From an uncultured Actinomycetota bacterium (GTDB lineage Bacteria; Actinomycetota; Acidimicrobiia; Acidimicrobiales; Palsa-688), in the NCBI GenBank assembly GCA_963757175.1, contig CAVWQR010000005.1, positions 45,205 to 109,204 of the forward strand: DNA of 64,000 nucleotides. Direction: 5' to 3'. A model generated the notes under the pieces. It was given only the letters and a program-made list of their open reading frames with translations, searched no databases and was not told the DNA's origin. How positions within the stretch are numbered: position 1 is the first letter of the stretch; each line of letters opens with the position of its first letter. Both the position numbers and the translations under genes were made by a program. This document shows, piece by piece, positions 19,633 to 28,534 of this stretch.

Positions 19633-21373
19633 GCTCGCCGGCGGTGGCGTCTCGACGCAGGACGGCCAGCAGCTCGTCGTAGGGGCCGATCAGGTAGGCC
19701 TGGTCGCCGGGGGCGAAGCGGGTGTCGCGGCGGGGCGGGTGCTCGAGCGTCGCCGCCGCCCCGGCTGCCTTCGCCGCCCGACCCAGGGCGACCACCCGGG
19801 TCTTGTCCGGCAGGTCCTGCATGGCCACGCCGGCCAGACCGCCCGAGGGCGCCACGGTGAGGCGGGCCACCAGCAGCAGCTCCTGGCGGACGTAGAACGT
19901 GGACAGCACGTCGAGGCCCAGAGCGGCGCCGACGAACCAGGGGGCAGCCAGGGCGGAGGTCGATCGGACGTTGCGGAAGGCGAAGCTGCGTTCGATCCCC
20001 CGGGCCAGCGAGCGGTCGAAGATGCGCATCACGACAGGGACGTCCAGGCGGTCGGGACCGAGATGGTCGCGAACGGCCAGGCCGGTCTCGATGTTGGTGA
20101 GGTCGTTGCTGGTCAGCACGGCGACGGCGGAGGCGTCAGTCACGTTGGCGGCGTCGAGGGTCTCGGCCAGGGTGCCGTCGCCGATGACGATGGGCAGGCC
20201 GAGGGCCCGGCCCTGGGCGAGGTGGCGGTTGGCGTCGTCCCGCTCGATCACGACCGGCGCCTCGCCGGCGGCGACGAGGGCGCGGGCCACGAGGACCCCG
20301 ACGGCGCCGAAGCCGATGACGACGACGTGGTCGCGCATGTGGGTGACCCGCTGTCTTCCGAGGGCGTGGACCATCTGGCGGCTGAACAGCAGGTTGGTGA
20401 CCAGGGCGAACACGCTGGTCACAAAGGCCACCCCGATGATGATCAGCGCGGTGAGGAACACCTCCAGCCAGGCGGGGTCGTGGATCTGGGTGCCCGAGCC
20501 GAACCCGATGGTGGCCACCGTCTCGACCGTGTAGAAGGCCGCGGTGAGCACGGACAGGCGCGGACCGCCGTCGAGATAACTGAGGCGGAGGACCACCGTC
20601 GACACCACGAGGACGGCGACGAACACCAGCAGCGTCCAGCGCAGGGGCCGGTCGGCCAGCGACCAGGCCGATAGCGCCACCCGGCGGGGGAAGCCCAGCC
20701 ACCGGGGTCGGGCGTGAGCGGCGCCGGCCGGCGTCGGTGGTTGCTCGAGAGGGACGCCGGCCCGGGCGAAGTCGTCGGGCGCGCCGATCACCGTCACCGT
20801 GTCCCCGGCCGAGACCGTGGTGTCCCGTCCCGGGCTGAGCTCGACCGCGCCCGCCTGGTCGACGACGGCCACCGGGGCCAGGTCGCCGATCAGGTCCCGG
20901 AGGGTGCCCGAGGCGGGGACGGGATGATCCACGACGGCGAAGCGTTCGCCGCCGAGGCTCAACTCCTTGGCAGCCTGACGCCGGCACGCCTCGACGATGG
21001 ACGGTGCGGCCAGGGCGGCGGTGTCGAGAACCGACCTCGGCCCGATCAGGCCGGTGAGGGCGTGTCCCACCCCGGCGTTGGCCATCTGCACGACCATCCG
21101 GAGGTCGGGCCGCAGGTCGCGGGCGACGAGCACCGTTTCCAGGGCCACGAGCGCGTCCTCTTCGACACAGATCAGGGCGGCCGCCCCTCCGATGCCCGCT
21201 TCGTGCAGCACGTGGGGTCGGCGCCCGGAGCCCACGACGCAAGCGATTCCCCACCGATCCAACAGTGAGGCCGCCCGGGCCGCGTCCTCGGCCACCGCCA
21301 CGGCCGGGCTGCCGGAGAGGTGCAGCTGCTCGGCGATGCGGATGCCGAGGCTGTGCAGGCCGCAGAGGATCAC
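19622..21373 (-). CDS. two-TM potassium channel with RCK (TrkA-N/TrkA-C) modules on both sides of the pore
   Basis: ORF 19622..21373. The order is an N-terminal Rossmann-like module plus a TrkA-C-like 'TVTVIGAPDDF', then TM1, pore helix and filter 'FYTVETVATIGFGSG', then TM2, then a second RCK 'VVVIGFGAVGVLVARAL' with its own TrkA-C-like end. Confidence 0.8.
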   Translation of the reverse strand: MILCGLHSLGIRIAEQLHLSGSPAVAVAEDAARAASLLDRWGIACVVGSGRRPHVLHEAGIGGAAALICVEEDALVALETVLVARDLRPDLRMVVQMANAGVGHALTGLIGPRSVLDTAALAAPSIVEACRRQAAKELSLGGERFAVVDHPVPASGTLRDLIGDLAPVAVVDQAGAVELSPGRDTTVSAGDTVTVIGAPDDFARAGVPLEQPPTPAGAAHARPRWLGFPRRVALSAWSLADRPLRWTLLVFVAVLVVSTVVLRLSYLDGGPRLSVLTAAFYTVETVATIGFGSGTQIHDPAWLEVFLTALIIIGVAFVTSVFALVTNLLFSRQMVHALGRQRVTHMRDHVVVIGFGAVGVLVARALVAAGEAPVVIERDDANRHLAQGRALGLPIVIGDGTLAETLDAANVTDASAVAVLTSNDLTNIETGLAVRDHLGPDRLDVPVVMRIFDRSLARGIERSFAFRNVRSTSALAAPWFVGAALGLDVLSTFYVRQELLLVARLTVAPSGGLAGVAMQDLPDKTRVVALGRAAKAAGAAATLEHPPRRDTRFAPGDQAYLIGPYDELLAVLRRDATAGELRS

Positions 21374-21424
21374 ATGGCCGCTCAGATCCCCTGTGCTTGG
21401 TCGGCTTCGCGCCGCAAGCGGCGC

Positions 21425-22636
21425 TCAGGGGACGATGACGATGGTGCCGTTGTGGCCCCCGAAGCCGAAGGAGTTGGAGAGCGCCGGGCCGGGCTCCCAC
21501 GGGCGGGGGTCGCCGGCGACGACGTCGATGTGGAACTCGGGATCGAGGTCGCGCAGGCCGAAGGTCGGGGGGATGAGACGGTGCCGCATGCTGAGCACGA
21601 CGGCGACCGCTTCGAGGGCGCCGGCCGCACCCAGGGCGTGCCCGGTGACCCCTTTGGTGGAGGTCACCGGCGGCCCGGGCGTCCCGAAGACCTTGGTGAT
21701 CGCCTCGGCTTCGGATGCGTCGTTGCGCGGGGTCGAGGTGCCGTGGGCGTTGATGTGGACGATGTCGGCCGGCTTGAGGCCGGCGTCGGCTATCGCTTCC
21801 TCCATGCATGAGGCGGCGCCGGCGCCGCCCGGGGCGGGGGCGGTGATGTCGTAGGCGTCGGCGTTGCTGGCCGCGCCGGCCAGCTCCCCGTGGATGGGCG
21901 CGCCTCGGGCCCGCGCCCGTTCGAGCTCTTCCAGGACGAGGATGGCTCCGCCTTCGGCGATGACGAAGCCGTCGCGCCGCACGTCGAAAGGCATGGAGAC
22001 GCCGGAGGTGGAGAGGGCGGTCATGTTGGTGAAACCGGCCAGGCTCGTCTCGGTCAGCGAGGCCTCCGAGGAGCCGGCGATGACCACGTCGCAGCGACCG
22101 GTGGCGATGAGGCGGGCGCCGTTGCCGATGCTCTGGGTGCCCGCCGCGCACGCCGTCACCGTGTTCTCGCAGGGCCCGCGGAATCCGTAGCGCATGGAGA
22201 TCCCTGCCGCCGACGAGTTGGCCATCATCATGGGCACGAGGAAGGGGCTGACCCGGCGGGCCCCTTTCTCCATGCGCAGGCCGATCTGCGACTCCAAGCT
22301 CTCGATCCCACCGACGCCCGTGCCGACGAACACCCCGGCCCGCTCGGGATCGGCGCCGATGGCCTCGACCCCGCCGGCGTCCGCCACCGCCTCGGCGGCC
22401 GCCACCGCGGCGAACTGCGAGAAGCGGTCCACCCGTCGGATCTCCTTGGCGCCGAACAGCGGCGTGGCGTCGAGACCGGTGACGTGGCGGACGCCCTCGC
22501 CCGGCTGCCGCAGCAGACCCTGCCAGAACTCGTCCCGGCCGATACCGCAGGGTCCGACGACGCCGACGCCGGTGATGGCGACTCGACGACCGGGAACCGC
22601 ATCGGGACCTCCCGGCGCGGCGTGGATCGCCTGCAT
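21425..22636 (-). CDS. fabF: beta-ketoacyl-ACP synthase II
   Basis: Lies in the frame of ORF 21425..22840 from ATG 22636, which overlaps the acpP stop (ATGA). The active-site 'TACAAG', 'INAHGTSTP' and 'NSFGFGGHN' are present. Confidence 0.9.
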   Translation of the reverse strand: MQAIHAAPGGPDAVPGRRVAITGVGVVGPCGIGRDEFWQGLLRQPGEGVRHVTGLDATPLFGAKEIRRVDRFSQFAAVAAAEAVADAGGVEAIGADPERAGVFVGTGVGGIESLESQIGLRMEKGARRVSPFLVPMMMANSSAAGISMRYGFRGPCENTVTACAAGTQSIGNGARLIATGRCDVVIAGSSEASLTETSLAGFTNMTALSTSGVSMPFDVRRDGFVIAEGGAILVLEELERARARGAPIHGELAGAASNADAYDITAPAPGGAGAASCMEEAIADAGLKPADIVHINAHGTSTPRNDASEAEAITKVFGTPGPPVTSTKGVTGHALGAAGALEAVAVVLSMRHRLIPPTFGLRDLDPEFHIDVVAGDPRPWEPGPALSNSFGFGGHNGTIVIVP

Positions 22637-22875
22637 CAGAGCTTCGAGGTGACGAGATCGAACGCCTGGTTGACCGTTTCGACCCCCTCCAGCTCGGACT
22701 CGTCGACGCTGATGTCGAACTGCTCTTCGAGCGCCATCACCAGCTCCACCAGATCGAGGCTGTCGGCGTCGAGGTCTTCGGCGAAGCGGGCGTCCGGTGT
22801 CACCTTGGCCGCGTCGACCTGGAGCACCTCGACGGCGCACTGCTTGAACTTGTCGAAGGCCTCGCTGTTGTCCAT
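22636..22875 (-). CDS. acpP: acyl carrier protein
   Basis: ORF 22636..22875, 79 aa. It has the phosphopantetheine site 'DLDADSLDLVELVMALEE'. Confidence 0.9.
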   Translation of the reverse strand: MDNSEAFDKFKQCAVEVLQVDAAKVTPDARFAEDLDADSLDLVELVMALEEQFDISVDESELEGVETVNQAFDLVTSKL

Positions 22876-22949
22876 CGGGTTTCTCCTCGGGTCGCTGTGG
22901 CTCGAAATCTAACCGGCCGCGGTGCGAGGCGGCGGAGTCGCGGGCGGGG

Positions 22950-23979
22950 TCACGTGCCCCACCGCCAGACGGCGGACGCCCAGGTCATTCCCGCTCCGAA
23001 CCCGGCCAGGAGGACCAGGTCGCCGTCGTGCAGGCGCCCGCGGCTGGCGGCGTCGGCGAGGGCGAGAGGGATCGACGCCGACGACGTGTTGCCCGTCGTC
23101 TCGATGACCGAGGCGATGCGGTCGTGGGCGATCCCCAGCCGGTCGGCGACGGCCACCATGATGCGGCTGTTGGCCTGATGGGGGACGAACAAGGCGACGT
23201 CCGCCGCCGCCACCTTGGCCTGCTCCAGGCTGGCGGTGGCGGACTCGACGGTGGCGCGTACCGCCCGCCGGAAGACCTCCTGACCTTTCATCACCATGCC
23301 CGAGCCGAGATCGGCGTAGAGGATCGGCTGCAGCGAGCCGTCGACCCCCAGGTCCCAGCCGAGCAGCCCACCCTCGCCGGGTACGGCTTCCACCACCACG
23401 GCGCCGGCACCGTCGCCGAACAGGAAGGCGTTGGTGCGGTCCGACCAGTTGGTGATGCGGGTGAGCGTCTCGGCCCCGATGAGCAGGACCCGGTCGATCC
23501 CCGTGGTGATCATGCCGGCCGCGGTGACCAGGCCGTAGGTGAACCCGGCGCAGGCGGCGTTGAGGTCCATGGCGCCTCCGCCGACGCCCAGGGCGGCCGA
23601 CACCGGCGACGACGTCGCCGGCGTCGCCTGGTCGGGCGTCGTGGTGCACAGGAGGAGCAGGCCGACCTCGGCGGGATCGACGCCGGCGCCGGGCCAAGGC
23701 GTCGCGCCCGGCGCGGATGGCGAGGGCGGCGGTGGTGCCGACCCCGCCCGGCGGCGACGCCGGCGGCTGCTCGGCGACGAAGGGCCCGGTGGCGGCGCGG
23801 CGCTCGGCGATGCCGGATCGCTCCCGGATCCACTCGTCGGACGTCTCGAACAGGGTGGTGATGTCGGCGTTGGTCACCCGCTGCTCAGGGAGCGCGGTGG
23901 CCCAGCCGGTGATGGCGCAGCCTCGCGTTGGTCCTCGGGCGTCGCCCGGCCCGGACTGGGCGTGCTCGTCGGTGGTCAC
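22950..23979 (-). pseudogene. fabH: beta-ketoacyl-ACP synthase III, frame broken as assembled
   Basis: The N-terminus is in ORF 22909..23979 ('ITGWATALPEQRVTNADI', 'SDEWIRERSGI'). The remainder is in the 22950..23603 frame ('DLNAACAGFTYGL', 'FGDGAGA', 'VPHQAN', 'GNTSSASIP', 'GFGAGMTW'). A single extra base lies near 23685-23690. The GTG start overlaps the fabD stop. Confidence 0.9.
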
Positions 23980-25229
23980 GGCTCGCTCCTCGCCGGCTCG
24001 ATGCGCAGCCAGGCGATGGGCTGGCCGGCCTGTACCCGCTCGCCGGCGTGGGCCAGCATCCCCATGAGCTCGCCTGAGAACGGCGAGCGCACCTCGACGT
24101 CGCCCACCGAGCCGACGAGGTCGCCGACCTCGATATTCGCCGCCAGGGGCGCCAGCCGGTCGCCGGCGTCGGCGGGGCCGGCGGGCGTGAAGACGCCGGC
24201 GGCGGGGCTGATGACCATCCGCTCGGACACGTACAGGCGCTCGCCCTGATGGCCGGCGGCGTAGCGGCGGAAGGCGGCGTCGCCTGCGACCACGTCGACC
24301 AGGTGGTCGAGGTCGTCGGGGGACGCCACCGCCACAGTGGCGACCCCGGGAACGGTCGCCCGGATCATCCGGGAGAGCGAGCCGCCCGGTCCGATCTCCA
24401 CGAACAGCTCCTCGCCGCCGCCCACGTCGACTCCGGCCGCACTGGGGCCGAGACCAGCCAGGCGCAGGATGCTCTGGCGCCAGCGCACCGGGCTGACCAG
24501 CTGGGCCAGCAGCAGCAACGCCCAGTCCTCACTGGTCACGTGGGGGAGGGCGTCGACGTTGGCGACGACGGCGGCATCCGGCTGGTGGAAGGCGGCGGCG
24601 GCGAGCGCTTTGCCCAGCCGGTCACGCGCCGGGACCATGAACGGGGTGTGGAAGGCGCCACCCACCGCCACGGGCGCCACCCGGCGGGCTCCGAGCAGGC
24701 GGGCGCGCCCACCCGCCCGTTCCACCGCCCCCGCCTCGCCGGCCACGACCACCTCGTCGGGGGTGTTGACGTTGGCCACCCACACCTCGCCGTCAGCCAG
24801 TCGGCAGGCGATGTCGCCGGTATCGGCGTCGCAACCGTCGAACAGCGCCATGACGCCGGGTTTGGCGTCGGCGGCCGCCTGCATGGCCTCGCCCCGCTCG
24901 GCCACCACGCGGACCCCGTCCTCGAAGCCCAGGGCGCCGGCGGCGACCAGCGCGCTGTACTCGCCGACGCTGTGGCCGGCGCACGACGTGGGCTCGATGC
25001 CCAGCCGCTCGACCGCGTCGAGCACCAGCAGACCCATGGTGAACGTCGCCAGCTGGGCGTGCCTGGTCTCGGTCAGGGTCTCGGCGTCCGCCTCCAGCAG
25101 CAGCCAGGCCAGGTCCCGCCCGGCGGCCTCCGACGCGTCGCCCACCAGCTCCCACGACGGGTGCTCGCTCCAGGCCCGGCCCATGCCCGGCCGCTGGGAT
25201 CCCTGCCCGGGGAACACGAATGCTGGCAC
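23976..25229 (-). CDS. fabD: ACP S-malonyltransferase fused to a C-terminal lysine-less biotinyl/lipoyl-like domain
   Basis: Lies in the frame of ORF 23976..25382. GTG 25229 is preceded by GGGAGGAG and gives 'VPAFVFPGQGSQ'. The active-site 'GHSVGEYSA' is present. The last ~110 aa ('VISPAAGVFTP...VGDLVGSVGDVEVRSPFSGELMGMLAHAGERVQAGQPIAWL') look like a barrel-sandwich hybrid domain with no Lys. Confidence 0.85.
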   Translation of the reverse strand: MPAFVFPGQGSQRPGMGRAWSEHPSWELVGDASEAAGRDLAWLLLEADAETLTETRHAQLATFTMGLLVLDAVERLGIEPTSCAGHSVGEYSALVAAGALGFEDGVRVVAERGEAMQAAADAKPGVMALFDGCDADTGDIACRLADGEVWVANVNTPDEVVVAGEAGAVERAGGRARLLGARRVAPVAVGGAFHTPFMVPARDRLGKALAAAAFHQPDAAVVANVDALPHVTSEDWALLLLAQLVSPVRWRQSILRLAGLGPSAAGVDVGGGEELFVEIGPGGSLSRMIRATVPGVATVAVASPDDLDHLVDVVAGDAAFRRYAAGHQGERLYVSERMVISPAAGVFTPAGPADAGDRLAPLAANIEVGDLVGSVGDVEVRSPFSGELMGMLAHAGERVQAGQPIAWLRIEPARSEP

Positions 25230-25315
25230 CCTGCGCTCTCCTCCCGCTCCCGGGACGCTCCCGGGTTTTGATTCTGACCTATCCCGGGCTGCGGACGTAA
25301 CACCTGGCTCGGGGC

Positions 25316-25798
25316 CTAGCTGGTGTCGCCGGCGCCCTGGGTCTGCTGCTGGGGGGCGCGAACGAGGAAGCTGGCCGTCCACTCCTCGTGCCGCTCGCCG
25401 TCGAGGGACACCTGCCAGCGGTAGGAACCGGGACGAAGCGGCAGCCCCGGAGCCATCTCGAGGAGGGTGTTGGCGTGGCCGGGCGTGCCGGCCGGCGCCT
25501 CGAGCGGCGGGGCCACGGTCACCGTCTGGGCGATGTGCAGGGGTTGAATGCCGCTGGCGGTGGGCACGGTGACGGTCTGGCCGTCCTCGGTGACCAGCTC
25601 CACGACCATGGCCAGGGGCTGGTTGCAGCGGGGCAGCTCGACCTCGAAGAACACCGCCACCGCGTGCGGCGGGGTGAGGACGTTGCCGTCGGGCTGGACG
25701 TTGAGGGTGGTGACCGACCAGCCCACGTTCAGCAGGTTGAGCGTGCCCGCCGGGGGGTTGGCGGTTCCCTTGTCGGCGAGGACGACGGCGACTTTCAT
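25316..25798 (-). CDS. hypothetical protein (160 aa, beta-rich; possibly DUF6941-like)
   Basis: Lies in the frame of ORF 25316..26329 from ATG 25798 ('MKVAVVLADKGTANPPAGTLNLLNVGW'). High third-position GC supports coding. The family assignment is from memory only. Confidence 0.5.
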   Translation of the reverse strand: MKVAVVLADKGTANPPAGTLNLLNVGWSVTTLNVQPDGNVLTPPHAVAVFFEVELPRCNQPLAMVVELVTEDGQTVTVPTASGIQPLHIAQTVTVAPPLEAPAGTPGHANTLLEMAPGLPLRPGSYRWQVSLDGERHEEWTASFLVRAPQQQTQGAGDTS

Positions 25799-25947
25799 CG
25801 TGCGGCTCTCCGGGCGCCGCGGTTCGTGGAGGTCGCCCGGGGCCGGGTCTCGGCGGGCGCCAGCACGGCGCCGCACGTTAGCCGCGGCGTGCGCGTCTTC
25901 CGCCGTGGGTAGCCTCGCCGACCTCACCGGCAGGCGTGGTGGTGACG

Positions 25948-25974
25948 TGTCGAGAACCGGCGATCGGCTCCGTC
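25948..25974 (+). promoter_or_regulatory. candidate ECF-type promoter (TGTCGA-N17-CGTC) upstream of the DGPF/ECF42 operon
   Basis: TGTCGA is at 25948-25953, followed by a 17-nt spacer and CGTC at 25971-25974. The element lies ~50 nt upstream of ATG 26024, which has an AAGGAG RBS. It resembles the -35/-10 pattern I recall for ECF41/42-type sigma factors. Confidence 0.35.
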
Positions 25975-26023
25975 TCCACCTTGAGGCGGCAGGACCGCCG
26001 CCCCGGACACCAAGGAGCGAATC

Positions 26024-26437
26024 ATGCCGAAGTACCTGCTGTTGAAGCACTACCGCGGCGGCCCCGAGCCGTCGCCGGGCTTCGCCCCCATGAGCGAGTG
26101 GACGCCGGATGAGATCGCCGCCCATATCGCCTTCCAGCGGGAGGTCGGCCGCATGCTCACCGAGAACGGTGAGATGGTGGACGCCCAGGCCGTCAGCCCC
26201 GACGGCGCCTACGTCCGTTACGGCGGTCCCGAGGCGGCGCCCGTCGTCACCGACGGCCCCTTCCCCGAGACCAAGGAGCTGGTCGCCGGTTGGTTCCTCG
26301 TCGACGTCGAATCCGAGGCCCGGGCCCACGAGATCGCCGCCTACGTGTCCTCCGCCCCGGGCCAGGGCGGCCAGCCGATCTACGAGTGGCTCGAGGTACG
26401 GCCGGTGATGGGCGACCCGCCGGCCACCACCGAGTGA
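26024..26437 (+). CDS. YCII-related protein (DGPF motif)
   Basis: ORF 26024..26437. 'MPKYLLLKHYRGGP' and 'VTDGPFPETKELVAGWFLVDV' form the DGPF/YCII signature. The stop overlaps the sigma gene start (GTGA). Confidence 0.8.
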   Translation: MPKYLLLKHYRGGPEPSPGFAPMSEWTPDEIAAHIAFQREVGRMLTENGEMVDAQAVSPDGAYVRYGGPEAAPVVTDGPFPETKELVAGWFLVDVESEARAHEIAAYVSSAPGQGGQPIYEWLEVRPVMGDPPATTE

Positions 26438-27611
26438 ACGACGAAGCGTGGCGGGATGCCGCCCCGCAGGCGCTGGGTGCCCTCGTCCGCCGCGGAAACG
26501 ACTTCGCCGCGGCCGAGGACGCCGTCCAGGAAGCGCTGCTCGAAGCCCATCAGCACTGGCCTGACGGGCTGCCGGCTTCCCCGACGGCCTGGCTCGTCAC
26601 CGTCGCCACCCGGAAGCTCGTCGACACCCGGCGCTCGGAAGCGGCGCGCCGGCGACGGGAGGACGCGGCCGCGTACGACCGGGAGCCGGGCCCGACGGAA
26701 CAGGTCGACGACACCCTGCTCCTGCTGTTCCTGTGCTGCCATCCTGCGCTCAGCCCGGGGTCGGCGGTCGCTCTCACCCTCCGGGCCGTCGTCGGGCCTC
26801 ACCACCAGGCAGGTCGCCGAGGCGTTCCTCGTCCCCGAGGCGACCATGGCGCAGCGGATCAGCCGGGCGAAGCGGGCCGTCGCCGGGCAGCCGCTCACCA
26901 GGCCGGCGGACATCGCCGTCGTCCTTCGCGTCCTCTACCTGATCTTCAACGAGGGCTACGGGGGACGGGTCGACCTGGTCGCCGAGGCGATCCGCCTGAC
27001 CCGCCTGCTGGCGCTGGAGTCGGACGAACCCGAGGTCTCGGGATTGCTGGCGCTGATGCTCCTCCACGATGCTCGTCGCGCCGCCCGCACCGACGACGAC
27101 GGTGGGCTCGTCCCCCTGGATCAGCAGGACCGCAACCGCTGGAACGAGGCGGAGATCGCCGAGGGTGTCCGGATGCTGCAGACGGCGCTGGCGAAGGGCC
27201 GTCGGGGGGAGTACCAGATCCAGGCGGCGATCGCCGCCCTGCACGACGACGCCAGAGACGGCCGAGGAGACGGACTGGCCGCAGATACTGGCGTGGTACG
27301 ACGAGTTGGTCGCCGTGGCCGACAACCCGGCGGCGGCCCTCAGCCGGGCGGTGGCCGTGGGCAAGGTCAACGGTCCGCTCGCCGGACTGGAGGCGCTCGA
27401 AGGTCTCGACTCGCGGCTCGGAGACGGCTACCGGCTGTACGCCGTGCGGGCCTATCTCCACGAGGAGGCCGGGCGTCTCGCTACCGCCGCCGAGCAGTAC
27501 GCGCTGGCCGCGGCCCGGGCGACCAGCACCGCCGATCGCGACCACCTGACGAAGCAGGCCGCTCGGCTGCGCGGCGGCGGGGTATCCACCTCGGAGCGGC
27601 CCAGCCTGTAG
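26434..27611 (+). pseudogene. ECF sigma factor with long C-terminal TPR-like extension (ECF42-type), two frame breaks as assembled
   Basis: It runs through three frames. From 26434: 'AEDAVQEALLEAHQHWP' and 'WLVTVATRKLVD'. The 26456.. frame: 'LTTRQVAEAFLVPEATMAQRISRAKR' and 'LYLIFNEGY'. The 27069.. frame: 'TDWPQILAWYDEL...YLHEEAGR'. The breaks are near 26796 and 27253. Confidence 0.8.
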
Positions 27612-27659
27612 AAAACTACGGATGACGACGGAGCCGGTAAGGCAGAACGGGGGTGGGAC

Positions 27660-27944
27660 ATGGGTATGACGCTCGCCGTCGGACCGGTCCGCTTGTACCG
27701 CCGTAGACGAAGCAACGGCACGGTGACCACGGTGTATCGCCATCCCGGGTGCACGATCAACCATCGCCGGGCCAGTGGCGCCAGCAGCTGCGCCGCTCGG
27801 GCGCAGCGGAGTGCCCGCCAGCACCCCGTCTACCGGCAGAACGGGCACGGGGACTGGTGGCGCTGGGACGGGTACCGGTGGGTGCCCGCGCCCGAACACG
27901 ACGCACGCGCCCTGACCGGTTCCCCTCTATGGTCCGGGGCATGA
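27660..27944 (+). CDS. hypothetical small protein (94 aa; Arg/Trp/His-rich, two Cys)
   Basis: ORF 27660..27944. Third-position GC is high, and its TGA overlaps the ATG of the next gene (ATGA at 27941-27944), suggesting translational coupling. I recognise no family. Confidence 0.4.
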   Translation: MGMTLAVGPVRLYRRRRSNGTVTTVYRHPGCTINHRRASGASSCAARAQRSARQHPVYRQNGHGDWWRWDGYRWVPAPEHDARALTGSPLWSGA

Positions 27945-28534
27945 GTCGCCTCCCGTACCTGCGTCGCCAGGATCTTGACGAGAAGGCCGCCGAGGTCTGG
28001 GACGGTGTCACCGCCTCACGCGGCTCGACGTTGGTCAACGACGAGGGCGGCCTGGTCGGCCCCTTCAACGCCTGGGTCCACGCACCCGAGGCCGGCGGCC
28101 GCTTGGCGGCGCTCGGTGCCCACCTGCGGTTCGAGACATCGATCGAGCGCCGCCTGCTGGAGCTGGCCATCGTCACCGTCGCCGCCCACTGGCACGCCGA
28201 GTTCGAGTGGTGGGCGCACGCCCGGATGGCTCGGAACCACGGCATCGGGGATGCCATCCTGGACGCGCTGGCCCAGGGGCGGGCTCCGTCGTTCGCCGCC
28301 GACGACGAACGGGTCGTGCACGCCGTCGCCAGCCAGCTCGTTCGCACCGGGAGCGTCGATGACGCGGCCTACGCCGCCGCCCAGACGCTCCTCGGCGACG
28401 CCGGGATGGTCGAGCTGGTGTCGCTCTGCGGTTACTACACGCTGGTGTCGTTCAGCCTCAATGCGTTCACCGTCCCGCTGCCGCCGGACGCCACGCCCCA
28501 GTGGGGCGACGCCGGGTCTCCGGCCGGGAGGTGA
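27941..28534 (+). CDS. carboxymuconolactone decarboxylase (AhpD-like) family protein
   Basis: Lies in the frame of ORF 27749..28534 from ATG 27941 ('MSRLPYLRRQDLDE'). 'RLLELAIVTVAAHWHAEFEWWAHARMA' and 'VSLCGYYTLVSFSLNAF' are typical CMD-family sequences. Confidence 0.8.
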   Translation: MSRLPYLRRQDLDEKAAEVWDGVTASRGSTLVNDEGGLVGPFNAWVHAPEAGGRLAALGAHLRFETSIERRLLELAIVTVAAHWHAEFEWWAHARMARNHGIGDAILDALAQGRAPSFAADDERVVHAVASQLVRTGSVDDAAYAAAQTLLGDAGMVELVSLCGYYTLVSFSLNAFTVPLPPDATPQWGDAGSPAGR

